Positions 44,561 to 53,693 of a stretch of 64,000 nt of DNA are shown piece by piece (position 1 is the first letter of the stretch; each line of letters opens with the position of its first letter). The stretch comes from Phycisphaerales bacterium (lineage in GTDB: Bacteria; Planctomycetota; Phycisphaerae; Sedimentisphaerales; Anaerobacaceae). The stretch spans positions 4,626,137 through 4,690,136 of the forward strand of contig CP070675.1 of NCBI GenBank assembly GCA_020352215.1, given 5' to 3'. Position numbers and translations under genes: made by a program. The notes below the pieces were generated by a model. That model made no database searches, was not told the DNA's origin, and saw nothing but the letters and a program-made list of their open reading frames with translations.

Positions 44561-44885
44561 GGCTTGTTTGAAAAAACAAAGCCAATTTTCCGGATGTCTA
44601 AGTGAGCTTAAACCTTTTTCTGACAAATGATTAGGGGAATCAGCGGCCCGTGGCCGGGTCCAAGAACAAAGCCAAAACAAAGCCAATCGCTGGCTATTTG
44701 GCCGGACAACCTCAATGGCAAGCTCTCAGTCGAGACTTGGCGCTTTTGAGAGAGCACGATTTGAAAAAACAAAGCCAATTTGAGTTTGTCCAAACGAACG
44801 TAAGCTCTTTTACAGGAAAAGATTATGAGGATTGACCGGCCTTGCGGCCCGGGAAAAACAAAGCCAAACAAACCCAATCGGAGCT
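44561..44885. repeat. Array of ACAAAGCCAA motifs in an A-B-A-B arrangement with a period of about 192 bp
   Basis: TTTGAAAAAACAAAGCCAATTT is identical at 44567-44588 and 44760-44781. Doubled motifs occur at 44664-44689 (GAACAAAGCCAAAACAAAGCCAATCG) and 44855-44880 (AAACAAAGCCAAACAAACCCAATCGG). The sequence between the motifs has diverged. Confidence 0.7.
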
Positions 44886-45004
44886 GATCTTAGAAGACGG
44901 TAGCCCGCGCAGAAGCGGGAGAAAGGGGGTGGCGGTGAGGCACTGCGGCTCTCGGGCGAGGCAGGCGGCGGGGCAGTACCCCTGCTACGCGCGGCAGCGG
45001 TGAG

Positions 45005-46105
45005 CTACGCGTAGTACCAGCCTTCTTCGAGCCAGGCATATTCCTGGCCGGGGATATCGCGGTGCGCAAGTTTATCGAGCCGTTTCCGCCGGCCAGGGGA
45101 GAGCTTAGTCCACGAGGCGCTGAGGTTCTCGCGGACATGCTCGATCGTGTGCAGGCCGCACGTGCAAATGTCCACGTGCTCATTCTGGAGCACGAAGGCG
45201 ATCATATCGCGAGGTACGCCGGCATCGGCACCTTTCAGGTCGAGATCCGTCAAGAGGTGCCCGCGTGCGAAAGGCTTGATCGTGATCACGCCGAGGCCCT
45301 TTTTCTTGGCCGCCGGGAGCAGTTGTTCGGCAGCGCGATGCCGCACGTTGTAGGGTATCGAGCAGACGTCGAAGTAGTCGCCGAACTTATCGAATGCGTC
45401 CAGGAACAATTCGGGCGTGAAGTGGCAGCCGAATCCGGTGAAGCGAATCTTGCCTTGCTGCTTGAGTTTGTCGAGCGCCTCAATCGAATAGGACATATCC
45501 CAGTAGCCGGACTGCGGCGTGTCGTTGGCGGTGTTGCAGAGCAGGCAGAAATCGACGCAGTCCGTTTGCCACAATTTGAGCCGGTCCTCCGTCCACTTGT
45601 AGATCTCCTGCCTGTCGGCCTTGATACCCTTCATCTTGTGGGAGACGCGGATAGAAACAAGGACTCGATCGCGCGCGTCAAGCCGCTTGAGCGCCTCGCC
45701 GGGTACGCTGGATTCTGCCAGCGGCGTGCAGGAATCGAAGAAATTGACCCCCATCTCGATCCCCGCGGCGATCATCTCGGTGGCCTCGTCGATGGTAGGC
45801 TTGCGCCGGCCACCCTTGCCGTCGGGGACCTGCTCGTACGACCAGCTATGACCGCCGAACCCTATTTCGGAGACCCGCAGGCCCGTCTTGCCGAGCACGC
45901 GATACTTGACCTTGTGATGAGGTGTCGCCTCCGTCGAGCGTGCATCGCTCAAGAGTGGCTTTCCTGCACCAGCCGCCACAGCGCTGAGGCCGAGTTGTCT
46001 CAGCAGCTGCCTCCGTGTCCGGCCGGTCTTAGTCTCTCGTTTCGAATTGCGCTCGGCCATGCCATGTGTCCTCCCAGCTTTCAAGACCGGCGCCCGACTG
46101 TCCAC
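45005..46105 (-). CDS. Aldo/keto reductase with a Tat-like signal
   Basis: RRQLLRQLGLSAVAAGAG twin-arginine region, then YRVLGKTGLRVSEIGFGGHSW, the AKR N-terminal signature. An alternative start lies at 46060. Confidence 0.75.
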   Translation of the reverse strand: MDSRAPVLKAGRTHGMAERNSKRETKTGRTRRQLLRQLGLSAVAAGAGKPLLSDARSTEATPHHKVKYRVLGKTGLRVSEIGFGGHSWSYEQVPDGKGGRRKPTIDEATEMIAAGIEMGVNFFDSCTPLAESSVPGEALKRLDARDRVLVSIRVSHKMKGIKADRQEIYKWTEDRLKLWQTDCVDFCLLCNTANDTPQSGYWDMSYSIEALDKLKQQGKIRFTGFGCHFTPELFLDAFDKFGDYFDVCSIPYNVRHRAAEQLLPAAKKKGLGVITIKPFARGHLLTDLDLKGADAGVPRDMIAFVLQNEHVDICTCGLHTIEHVRENLSASWTKLSPGRRKRLDKLAHRDIPGQEYAWLEEGWYYA

Positions 46106-46156
46106 GCCGTACGCCTTCTCCAGAATGCTACCTTCTCTCTACACGGGCCGCAAGTC

Positions 46157-47578
46157 CTAATTCGATCGGCGTACGTAGAGTACGATATCCTGCTCGAACT
46201 GCGGCGACCGAAAGAGGCACCGATCCTTGGCCTCAATGCGCTGCTCCGTCGCAAGAAAGTCGCCGCATTTGGGATCATACCAGCGGGCGCTGAGAGGGCC
46301 CTGCGTCGGTCGCAAGGTAACGGTCACAGGACCGTCGCCGAGCACGTAGCAAATGTACTCGGCGCCGGGGCGGGCGAGTGTGAAGACGTGAGGCTCGCCC
46401 TTTCCCTCAACAGCCGCCAGCTCGTCGTGCGGCGCCATTGTCCAAAACTCGATCTCGTTCTCAGTAAGAAAGTCGACCAAGTGCCGGCCGGCACACAGTA
46501 TCTCGGTAGGGGGGCAGCGCGACGGCTGACCCTCATTGAGCGTCCGTCCGGTGCCTCGCCAGAATGTGAAATCGAAGAAGTTGGAGTGACCACCGGCCGT
46601 GAAGTCACCCCACATCATCTTGCGCGGCAAATTCACGTCGTCGGTGCTGCGGTTGGCGAACAGGAAGTACTCATTATGGCAGATTGGTTTGCCGACGCGC
46701 AAGCGCAACAAGGCCATATGATGATTGCGAACATCAGCGTCAGTGGCGTACAGGCCCCCGCCGCCGCGGTGCTTGACGACAATATCGTTGGCGCCGGTCC
46801 GCGGGTCAAAAGACGTGGTCTGCTCGCCGGCAGATGCGAGACGACTGGGATGTGTCGGGTGACGCTGTATGTAATCGACAAAGTGAGCTACCCACCGTTT
46901 TCCGCCGGTCTCGTTCGCGATTTCGTATATGACGTTGCCGAACCGGCTCGTTTCAGAGAGCACCTTGTCAACATACCCATGCTGGATAGCCAGCAGGCGG
47001 GGGTGATTGAGGACTTCATCGGAGGTCACCTCGTTGTACCTGAGTCCGAGCTGGTTTATGTTATTGCGGTCGGCGTAGAGACTTTCACGAAATCTACTTG
47101 CGCGAAAGCCCTCGAACAAGGTCAGCTCCACGTAGATGCCGCGCTTGGCTGCTTCTCGCAGGAATGGCTTGATGCGCTGGTTAAAGTACGACTGCTCGAA
47201 CTTGGTGAGGTCGAACTTGGGTTTGCCGTCCACAGCGACGCCGGGTCCCGTCCGAGCGAACGGCCAAGCGGGATTGGAGAACTGCGCCGGGTAGTTGACC
47301 GGCGCCAACAGCGCATCCCAGCTTAGCACATCTTGCCGCACATAATTGAGATGGTGCTCAGAGAGGTCGTCAAGATATTTTCGCCAAGAGAAACCCTTAT
47401 CGTTCTCCCATATTGTGAACATGGCTCGGTCGGACACACCGACAAGCGCCACATGTCGCGACCCATCGCGGAAGTAGTAGGAGTGCTCAGGACAGATTTG
47501 CAGGCGGCCTGCCTGTGCCGATCCAACGACTCCCATCAGCCAAAGCGGCAACAGATAGCTGACTTTCACCGAGTCCAC
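46157..47578 (-). CDS. Secreted TIM-barrel glycoside hydrolase (GH5/GH140-like) with a C-terminal beta-sandwich
   Basis: Signal peptide. IYEIANE (acid/base-type NE) and CHNEYF segments. The C-terminal ...ARWYDPKCGDF resembles the beta-sandwich tails of DUF4038-type enzymes. The family assignment is tentative. Confidence 0.5.
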   Translation of the reverse strand: MDSVKVSYLLPLWLMGVVGSAQAGRLQICPEHSYYFRDGSRHVALVGVSDRAMFTIWENDKGFSWRKYLDDLSEHHLNYVRQDVLSWDALLAPVNYPAQFSNPAWPFARTGPGVAVDGKPKFDLTKFEQSYFNQRIKPFLREAAKRGIYVELTLFEGFRASRFRESLYADRNNINQLGLRYNEVTSDEVLNHPRLLAIQHGYVDKVLSETSRFGNVIYEIANETGGKRWVAHFVDYIQRHPTHPSRLASAGEQTTSFDPRTGANDIVVKHRGGGGLYATDADVRNHHMALLRLRVGKPICHNEYFLFANRSTDDVNLPRKMMWGDFTAGGHSNFFDFTFWRGTGRTLNEGQPSRCPPTEILCAGRHLVDFLTENEIEFWTMAPHDELAAVEGKGEPHVFTLARPGAEYICYVLGDGPVTVTLRPTQGPLSARWYDPKCGDFLATEQRIEAKDRCLFRSPQFEQDIVLYVRRSN

Positions 47579-47632
47579 GGGTCTGTGACTTCCCTACAGT
47601 TGGTGGTGTCAGAAAACGGGCCGACGAAGTGG

Positions 47633-48955
47633 TCAATTCTGAATCCGGTATACCTTCGACATCGTCCGAATGATCAGACTGCCGCGGCCGGCCGCCGGTG
47701 TCGCCATGCACATCTCGTCAAGCTCGTTGCGCCCCAGCACCTTGAATTCAGGGCCGGCTTGTACGACGAAGGTCTCACCGTCCTCGCTCAGACAGAATAT
47801 CTTACCGTTGTTAGCCCAAGGCGAAACCGTAAATGCGCTCGCTCCCTCGGCGAGGCGCTGCCTGCCGTAGACTTCGTCGCCCGTTCTGGCATCATAACAG
47901 CTGAGCAAACCCCTGTCGTACAGGACATAGACGTAGCCACCGTACGCAACAGGCGAGGGATTGTAGGGCCCACCCTTTCTCTGGCACCACGCCACATATT
48001 CGTTACTGTTCTGGTCGTCCTCGAGAGAAATGTCACCCGCAGCGCCGGGTCGAACGGCAAACAGGGGCCGCTTGCGGTCGCCAACGTACCCGGAACTGAC
48101 AAACAGCAGGCCGTGCTCTGCACACGGAGTCGGAATCGCAATGGACGACATGCCGCCAAGCTCCCACAGCAGCTGGCCATCGAGGTCGTACGACCTGACT
48201 TTAACCGTTCCCGGGGTGACCAGCTCAGTCCGTTGCTTGTTCTCCCAGATGTATGGAGTAGCCCAATTGCTCTTCTCGTCGCGCTCGACGCGCCATATCT
48301 GCTCGCCGGTCTTCTTATCCAGTGCAACCAGAAACGATTGCTGGTCGTTGTCGTTCACGATAAAGAGCCGATCCTCGTGCAACACCGGCGACGCAGCGGT
48401 GCCCCAGTTATAGCGAATCTTGAAGCTTGGCCACTTCTCGGACCACAACTGCTCTCCCTTCAGGTCGTAGCAAAACAGCCCGACGTTGCCGAAATAGGCA
48501 TATACCCGCTCGCCGTCGGTGACCGGCGTCTCCGAGGCGTAGGTATTCTTGATATGCAAAGGATGCTGCGGCACCGCCTTGTGGGCGAGTCTTTCCCAGA
48601 GGATCTTGCCGGTGTCAAAGTCGACGCAGTAGACCATCCACCGATGAAGCTTGTCGGAAGGCTTACTCCGGTTGCCTCCGAAGTAAAGGCCCTTCTTGGG
48701 CATTTCAGTGTCACCTTCGCTGGCGGCGGAGGTAAGAAATATCCGGTCACCCCAGACTATGGGTGAGGACCAGGCACGGCCCGGTATCTCAACAGCCCAC
48801 ACGACGTTTTCAGTGGTGCTCCAGGTGTCGGGCAGGATATCGTCCTTGACAACGCCTGCGGACGGGCCGCGGAACTGGGGCCAGTTGGCCTCCGCAAATG
48901 TGCTCGGAGTCAGAAGGGAAATTGCGGCCACCAAAACAGGGAAAGCCTGGCGCAT
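47633..48955 (-). CDS. PQQ-like beta-propeller repeat protein (secreted)
   Basis: Signal peptide, then NWPQFRGPSAGVV...W and repeated W/G-containing blades typical of PQQ-like or BamB-like propellers. Confidence 0.7.
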   Translation of the reverse strand: MRQAFPVLVAAISLLTPSTFAEANWPQFRGPSAGVVKDDILPDTWSTTENVVWAVEIPGRAWSSPIVWGDRIFLTSAASEGDTEMPKKGLYFGGNRSKPSDKLHRWMVYCVDFDTGKILWERLAHKAVPQHPLHIKNTYASETPVTDGERVYAYFGNVGLFCYDLKGEQLWSEKWPSFKIRYNWGTAASPVLHEDRLFIVNDNDQQSFLVALDKKTGEQIWRVERDEKSNWATPYIWENKQRTELVTPGTVKVRSYDLDGQLLWELGGMSSIAIPTPCAEHGLLFVSSGYVGDRKRPLFAVRPGAAGDISLEDDQNSNEYVAWCQRKGGPYNPSPVAYGGYVYVLYDRGLLSCYDARTGDEVYGRQRLAEGASAFTVSPWANNGKIFCLSEDGETFVVQAGPEFKVLGRNELDEMCMATPAAGRGSLIIRTMSKVYRIQN

Positions 48956-49082
48956 AAGGCAGATCCTTTCAGTGATCTGGATTGCTCAGAAAACATCGGC
49001 CCAGCTACCCCGCCAGGCTCTTCAGCCGGAATGTTACTCGGCAGAGCCGCCCGACGCCAGCCCTTTCTCCGGGCTTCGGTCC

Positions 49083-52000
49083 TTAACCGGCCTTGCCCTG
49101 CAGGTAATCGATCAGTGGCTGGCTGACAAGCGGCACCACGTCGCCGATCATGTGGGGCATGAGGTTGTCCATGACCTTCGGCATGAGTTCCGGCATCTGC
49201 TCGGCCATGTAGTCGGGCATCGGAATCCGTTCTTTGACGCGTTCGAGCATTACCGGCAGCAGCTTCGGCATCATGAGAGGCAGGAGTCTCGGAAAGAGGA
49301 TGGGAAACATGGGCTTCATCAGAGTCAGAGCACCGGGAATTTTGCCCATAAGTCGCATCATCGGGCCCATGCCCAGCGGCATGGCGTCCACCATCTCCTT
49401 CCACATTGTAGACATCAGGTCGGCGAAGCCTTGCGGCGTCATAAGAGCGATCATGGCTTCGAACACGGCCCATTGCCTTCTGACTTCTGGATTGGGATCC
49501 GGGAATTCATGGCCGAGCGCCGACGATGCGAAGCGGGCCAGGTCGACCACCTCCAGCGGCATATCCTTCTTGTCTGCGGTGACACGCAGCTGGAACTCGC
49601 AGCACGGGCACAGAGCCAATACCTTTTCGGCGCCGGCTTCAACCGCCTCATCCAGCCGATCCTTGCCGATATCGGCGGCCACGGACGGCTCCTTGATTAA
49701 GGTCAGGACCGACCCGCAGCAATGGCCTTCCTGGCGATTGTGTTCCATCTCTACGAACTTGGTGTTGGGAACAGCCTTTATGAGGTCCCGTGGCTCTTCG
49801 TATACGCCGGAGACCCTGCCTATGTGACACGAATCGTGCCAGGTGACGGTGGTAGGCTTGCCGCCGTTCTTTGGGAATTTGAACTCTCCGGCTCTGATCT
49901 TCTCAGCAAGGATCTCACTGTAATGCTTGGCCGTGATGCCGTATTCTATGCCGAGCTTCTTAGCCCAGGTCGGATAGGCGTGACGCCACATCATGTCGCA
50001 CGCGGGGCACGAGCATATGACGGTGTCGGCGCCGGACTGCTTGACGGCCTCGATGTTCTTCTTCATTGTCTCAACGAACAGATCCCACTTGCCTGCGACG
50101 AGCATGGGTGTCGCGCAGCAGTTCTCCTTCTCGCCCACGTAGGTGAAGTCGACACCTGCTTCATCCAGAAGGCGGACGCTGGCCATAGCGATATCCTGTT
50201 CGACATAGCTGGCGGTGCAGCCGGCGAAGTAGACGTTTTTGGCCTTCCGACCCGGGCCGTGTTTCTCGAGAAGGTCTTGCGGAAACCATTCAGACCGATT
50301 CTTGCGGTAACCGGCCCAAATGTTGCCCTCGGCCGACAGGGCGGCGGCCATCATCTCGAAGGGCGGAAAGGTCATCTTCTTCTTGTCGTTGATGAGCTGC
50401 CCGCGCAGCTTCATCCAGCTTGGCTCGATGGGCAGGGCTGCCGAACAGCGCAGGTTGCACAGCTCGCACGTCGTGCAGACCAGGATCGTATCAACCATCT
50501 GTTGGTCCCAGTTGGCCCGGCCCTCCATGTAGTGGCGCAGCCAGTACCACTTGCCTCGGGGGCTCTGGCTCTCCCATCCCCGGCCGTAGAATTGGTCGCA
50601 TTCATCGATGCAGTAGCCGCACTGCGAGCAGGAGTACGCATACCAGGCCACATCGGCGGGGATATCACGAATCGGCTCATCAGGTCTTTCGCCAACCTTC
50701 GTAAGCACCTGATTGCCGAGCGGCCGGATAAGCGGCTCAAAAGCGCCGGAGAGGGTCATCATTGTACCCAGCAAGCCGTTGTTCAGTACCTTGCCGGGAT
50801 TGAGCAGGCCCTTGGGGTCGACTTCTTCCTTGAAGGCCTTGAGCTTGTTCAGGCGCTCTTTGCCTAAAACCGCTCCAGCCTTCTTGGCGAAGTACATTCC
50901 GGTGGAGTAGGGCCGACCACCGTGCTTCTCCGCGATCTTCACAATGGACAAAACCAGGCCAAAGACAAAGTTGTAAGACAGCTTTCTCTGATCGGCGGGA
51001 ATGAATCCGAGAATCACTACCTCGGGTTTGCCGTCGGCCCCTTTCTTGATGAGAACTCCCTCTTTCACCACGGGCTGGTCCACCTTGCGTTCGATCTCAG
51101 TGAGCACATTGCCGAGACTGTTCAGCGGTGCGATGACCTCAGACGGAACAAGAGAAGGCCCCAGCCGCTTGACTACCATGAGCTTGAAGCGATGCTCCCA
51201 TTCATGATGGGCAATGCGGTCGCTTAGGATCTCGGCCTGACACGGTTTGATGAGCCCCGCCATGGCCTTGCGAACGGTCTCGCCGTCATCCTTGCGGAAC
51301 GCCATCGTAATGATGTAGGCTGCTGGGAGAATCACACGCTCTTCTACGGGATGGCCGTAGTGCTCCATTAGAGGCGCTCTGTTCTTCATCTCGGCCATTC
51401 GTGGATTGATGAACATGAAGGCCCAGATGGGCAGATCCGCCTCGACAATGGACTCCATCAGGCTCTGCAGCTGGTGCGCATCAGGGCAGGCAACGGCCAT
51501 CACCTCGGTCTCTTCGAGGGCCATCACCTTCAGAGTAACCTCAGTGATGAGGCCTGTGATGCCCTCAGCCTCTGAGATCAGAGCCAGATCGTCACCGGAG
51601 AATTCTCTGATCTCGCCCGTGGGCAGGACCACGCGGGCGGCAACCACGTTCTCGGCGAAGTAACCGAATTCGTAACTGCCGATGCCTGCACCGCCCTGGG
51701 CCAGCCATCCGCCGGCGCTGGATGAGGGGTAACTCGTGGGGTACAGCCGTAATGTCAGCCCCTCTTTCTGTAGTTCCCTGTCTAACTGCTCCCACGTGAT
51801 CCCTGCTTGGACCGTGGCGGTCAGGTTGTCTTTGTTGACGGCGACCAACTTCCTCATGCGATAGAAATCAATCACCAGCCCTTTCTTGAGCGGAATGACA
51901 CCTCCGTAACCCGATGATGCCTTGCCCCTGGGGGTAATGAAGATGTTCTCCTGGTACGCCCAGCGAACGATCTCTGCCAGCTCTTCCTCACTTTCGGGCT

Positions 52001-52193
52001 GTACAATCGCGTCGGGCAGGGTCTTGCCGACCAAAGGCTTGACCAAGCTGGGCATTGCGGCAATGTCATGCCCGTATAGTATTCGCTCGGTCTTGTCGAA
52101 TCGCACACGATCCGCAAACTGTTCAAGATATTCCTTCTGACTGTTTGTCAAACGGCTCATAAAGGCCTCCAACCAACTGTGTTCATCTTCCAA
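49083..52193 (-). CDS. Fused FAD-binding oxidase (GlcD-like) / 4Fe-4S dicluster / double CCG-domain (GlcF/HdrD-like) oxidoreductase with a Met-rich C-terminal extension
   Basis: FAD_binding_4-type N-terminus (PRGKASSGYGGVIP). CSQCGYCIDEC and CTTCELCNLRC clusters. Cys-rich CCG-like segments (CCATPM, CSCPACDMMW, CPCCEFQ). The last ~132 aa contain 22 Met by my count. Confidence 0.8.
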   Translation of the reverse strand: MEDEHSWLEAFMSRLTNSQKEYLEQFADRVRFDKTERILYGHDIAAMPSLVKPLVGKTLPDAIVQPESEEELAEIVRWAYQENIFITPRGKASSGYGGVIPLKKGLVIDFYRMRKLVAVNKDNLTATVQAGITWEQLDRELQKEGLTLRLYPTSYPSSSAGGWLAQGGAGIGSYEFGYFAENVVAARVVLPTGEIREFSGDDLALISEAEGITGLITEVTLKVMALEETEVMAVACPDAHQLQSLMESIVEADLPIWAFMFINPRMAEMKNRAPLMEHYGHPVEERVILPAAYIITMAFRKDDGETVRKAMAGLIKPCQAEILSDRIAHHEWEHRFKLMVVKRLGPSLVPSEVIAPLNSLGNVLTEIERKVDQPVVKEGVLIKKGADGKPEVVILGFIPADQRKLSYNFVFGLVLSIVKIAEKHGGRPYSTGMYFAKKAGAVLGKERLNKLKAFKEEVDPKGLLNPGKVLNNGLLGTMMTLSGAFEPLIRPLGNQVLTKVGERPDEPIRDIPADVAWYAYSCSQCGYCIDECDQFYGRGWESQSPRGKWYWLRHYMEGRANWDQQMVDTILVCTTCELCNLRCSAALPIEPSWMKLRGQLINDKKKMTFPPFEMMAAALSAEGNIWAGYRKNRSEWFPQDLLEKHGPGRKAKNVYFAGCTASYVEQDIAMASVRLLDEAGVDFTYVGEKENCCATPMLVAGKWDLFVETMKKNIEAVKQSGADTVICSCPACDMMWRHAYPTWAKKLGIEYGITAKHYSEILAEKIRAGEFKFPKNGGKPTTVTWHDSCHIGRVSGVYEEPRDLIKAVPNTKFVEMEHNRQEGHCCGSVLTLIKEPSVAADIGKDRLDEAVEAGAEKVLALCPCCEFQLRVTADKKDMPLEVVDLARFASSALGHEFPDPNPEVRRQWAVFEAMIALMTPQGFADLMSTMWKEMVDAMPLGMGPMMRLMGKIPGALTLMKPMFPILFPRLLPLMMPKLLPVMLERVKERIPMPDYMAEQMPELMPKVMDNLMPHMIGDVVPLVSQPLIDYLQGKAG

Positions 52194-52237
52194 TATCTCG
52201 CATTCACTGCCACACTATTACGACTGCACTGCCACAA

Positions 52238-52648
52238 TCATAGCGCCTCTTCCAACAGACTCAAAGCACTCCGAATCTGACCGATCTGGCGTTTTGTCAG
52301 CTTGGCAGAGATGCGGTTCTCACAAGCCTCCATGCGGCCCAGGATTCTCTTTTTCTTCCTCGTACCCTTAGCAGTAAGACCGATCAGAACCGTGCGGCGA
52401 TCATCCGCCTTGACTTGTGTTTTCACATAGCCTTCGGTAACGAGCTTGTTAAGAACACGGCTCCCGCGCGAGGGGGAAAGACCCATGCGATCGGCGAAAT
52501 CGAAGCCCAAGATCTTCTGGCCGGGTTCTAGTACGATAAGCCCGTTGAATTCCGCCTGAGACAGGCCCAACTCATCCTGAATCTGCTCTTCGTTGCTCTG
52601 GCATTTGCGCTTGATCGATAGGATCAACTCGAAAAGACGCCTACTCAT
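52238..52648 (-). CDS. MarR-family transcriptional regulator
   Basis: 136-aa winged-helix pattern (LSQAEFNGLIVL...GLSPSRGSRVLNKLVTEGYV...DRRTVLIGLT.KG). Confidence 0.8.
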   Translation of the reverse strand: MSRRLFELILSIKRKCQSNEEQIQDELGLSQAEFNGLIVLEPGQKILGFDFADRMGLSPSRGSRVLNKLVTEGYVKTQVKADDRRTVLIGLTAKGTRKKKRILGRMEACENRISAKLTKRQIGQIRSALSLLEEAL

Positions 52649-52712
52649 AAATCCACCTATTTGCTGTACGCACTAAATGTGATTAGCACTATTTGTCCTA
52701 TGCAATACATGC

Positions 52713-52724
52713 TTATTGCAATAA
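52713..52724. promoter_or_regulatory. Palindromic operator candidate upstream of marR
   Basis: Perfect 12-bp palindrome TTATTGCAATAA, 65 bp upstream of the marR start. An extra TGCAATA half-site lies at 52701-52707. Confidence 0.4.
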
Positions 52725-53200
52725 TTGATGACAGCAACAATACACCCGCGAGCAGGGCGTGTCAACAAGAAAAAGGAAAAAAATTCATCAGCTTGATCTG
52801 CAGGGCGTCAACTCGGTCGCCTTCTGCCACCGGTCGGGTCGCCCACAGAACCCGTTCTCGCGGCGAAGATAGGTTCAACACGGGCTCATTGAGCCGTGCA
52901 CAATCAGTATCGAGGGGCTGTGGGCGGGCTGTCGCCGCCCGAGGGGAGGCGGTTTCTTGCGGGTGAACAGGGCCTTGGACGCTGACTTGATTCGGCTGGG
53001 GTGGATGTAGGCCGCGTAAGAACGCAAACAATCGATATCTGTAGGCGGCATTCTCAGAATGCCGAGGGGCCAAGGTAAGAATGCTGAAGCTGGAGTCTTG
53101 TCTCACTGCCGGAAGTCTGTTATACACCAACAGATCTGGCGCCGACACGCACGATCGGCTACGCATCGAACAGAGTACTGGTGTTCGTGAAGGGGTGCAC

Positions 53201-53677
53201 ATGATTAGGGTGGCTATCCTGACCGTCAGCGACAGTTGCTCGCGAGGCGAACGCGACGACTTAAGCGGCAGGATCATAGAAGAGATACTCCCTGAAGACC
53301 GGTTTCAGGTGTGCGCGAGGCGAATCGTGCCGGATGACCAAGACGCCATTGCACGAGAACTTGTGGACTTCGCGGACGTAGCCGGCGTTGACGTGGTCCT
53401 CACTACAGGCGGAACGGGACTCGGCCCCCGTGACGTTACGCCGGAAGCCACCGGTGCTGTGTGCGATAGAATTGTCCCTGGCATAAGTGAAACGATGAGG
53501 GCTCAAGGCCTTGCGAAGACTCCCTATGCTATATTGTCGCGGGGCACTGCAGGAATTCGGAACAACACGCTGGTGATCAATTTGCCGGGCAGTCCAAAGG
53601 GTGTCCGCGAGTGTTTAGAAATAGTCTTGAAGGTTGTGCCTCACGCCGTGGATATGATGCGTGGCGGCGGTCATTAG
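53201..53677 (+). CDS. mogA: Molybdopterin adenylyltransferase (MogA/MoaB family)
   Basis: MIRVAILTVSDSCSRG..., LTTGGTGLGPRDVTPEA, and INLPGSPKG. The start is set at the internal Met (53201). Confidence 0.8.
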   Translation: MIRVAILTVSDSCSRGERDDLSGRIIEEILPEDRFQVCARRIVPDDQDAIARELVDFADVAGVDVVLTTGGTGLGPRDVTPEATGAVCDRIVPGISETMRAQGLAKTPYAILSRGTAGIRNNTLVINLPGSPKGVRECLEIVLKVVPHAVDMMRGGGH

Positions 53678-53693
53678 CTGAAGGAGTCATTGA

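Noticed and set aside
44561-44885. CRISPR array or MITE as an explanation for the repeated ACAAAGCCAA blocks.
   Set aside because: The repeats are 10-22 nt, of two alternating types and about 90-100 bp apart, with only four blocks. There are no cas genes, no terminal inverted repeats and no target-site duplications.
45062-47326. Very long antisense ORFs. One is 754 aa and spans two minus-strand genes plus their spacer. Others: 47333-48766, 48696-49700, 49722-50867, 27738-28997, 12869-14092, 55498-56862, 58930-59901, 37723-38547, 39673-40509, 60262-61059.
   Set aside because: Each lies opposite a gene with clear family motifs. Their translations are Arg/Ala/Gly/Leu-rich, low in complexity, and carry no recognisable motifs. 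Long stop-free antisense frames are expected at this GC content and codon bias.
53081-53200. N-terminal extensions proposed by the ORF track: mogA from 53081, the 2Fe-2S subunit from 54339, the Mo subunit from 54808, HK2 from 26764, HK1 from 12526, the RR from 12911, and cobA-hemD from 19358.
   Set aside because: In each case an internal Met, preceded by a purine-rich ribosome-binding sequence, coincides with the start of the conserved domain. The extensions overlap upstream genes or regulatory hairpins.
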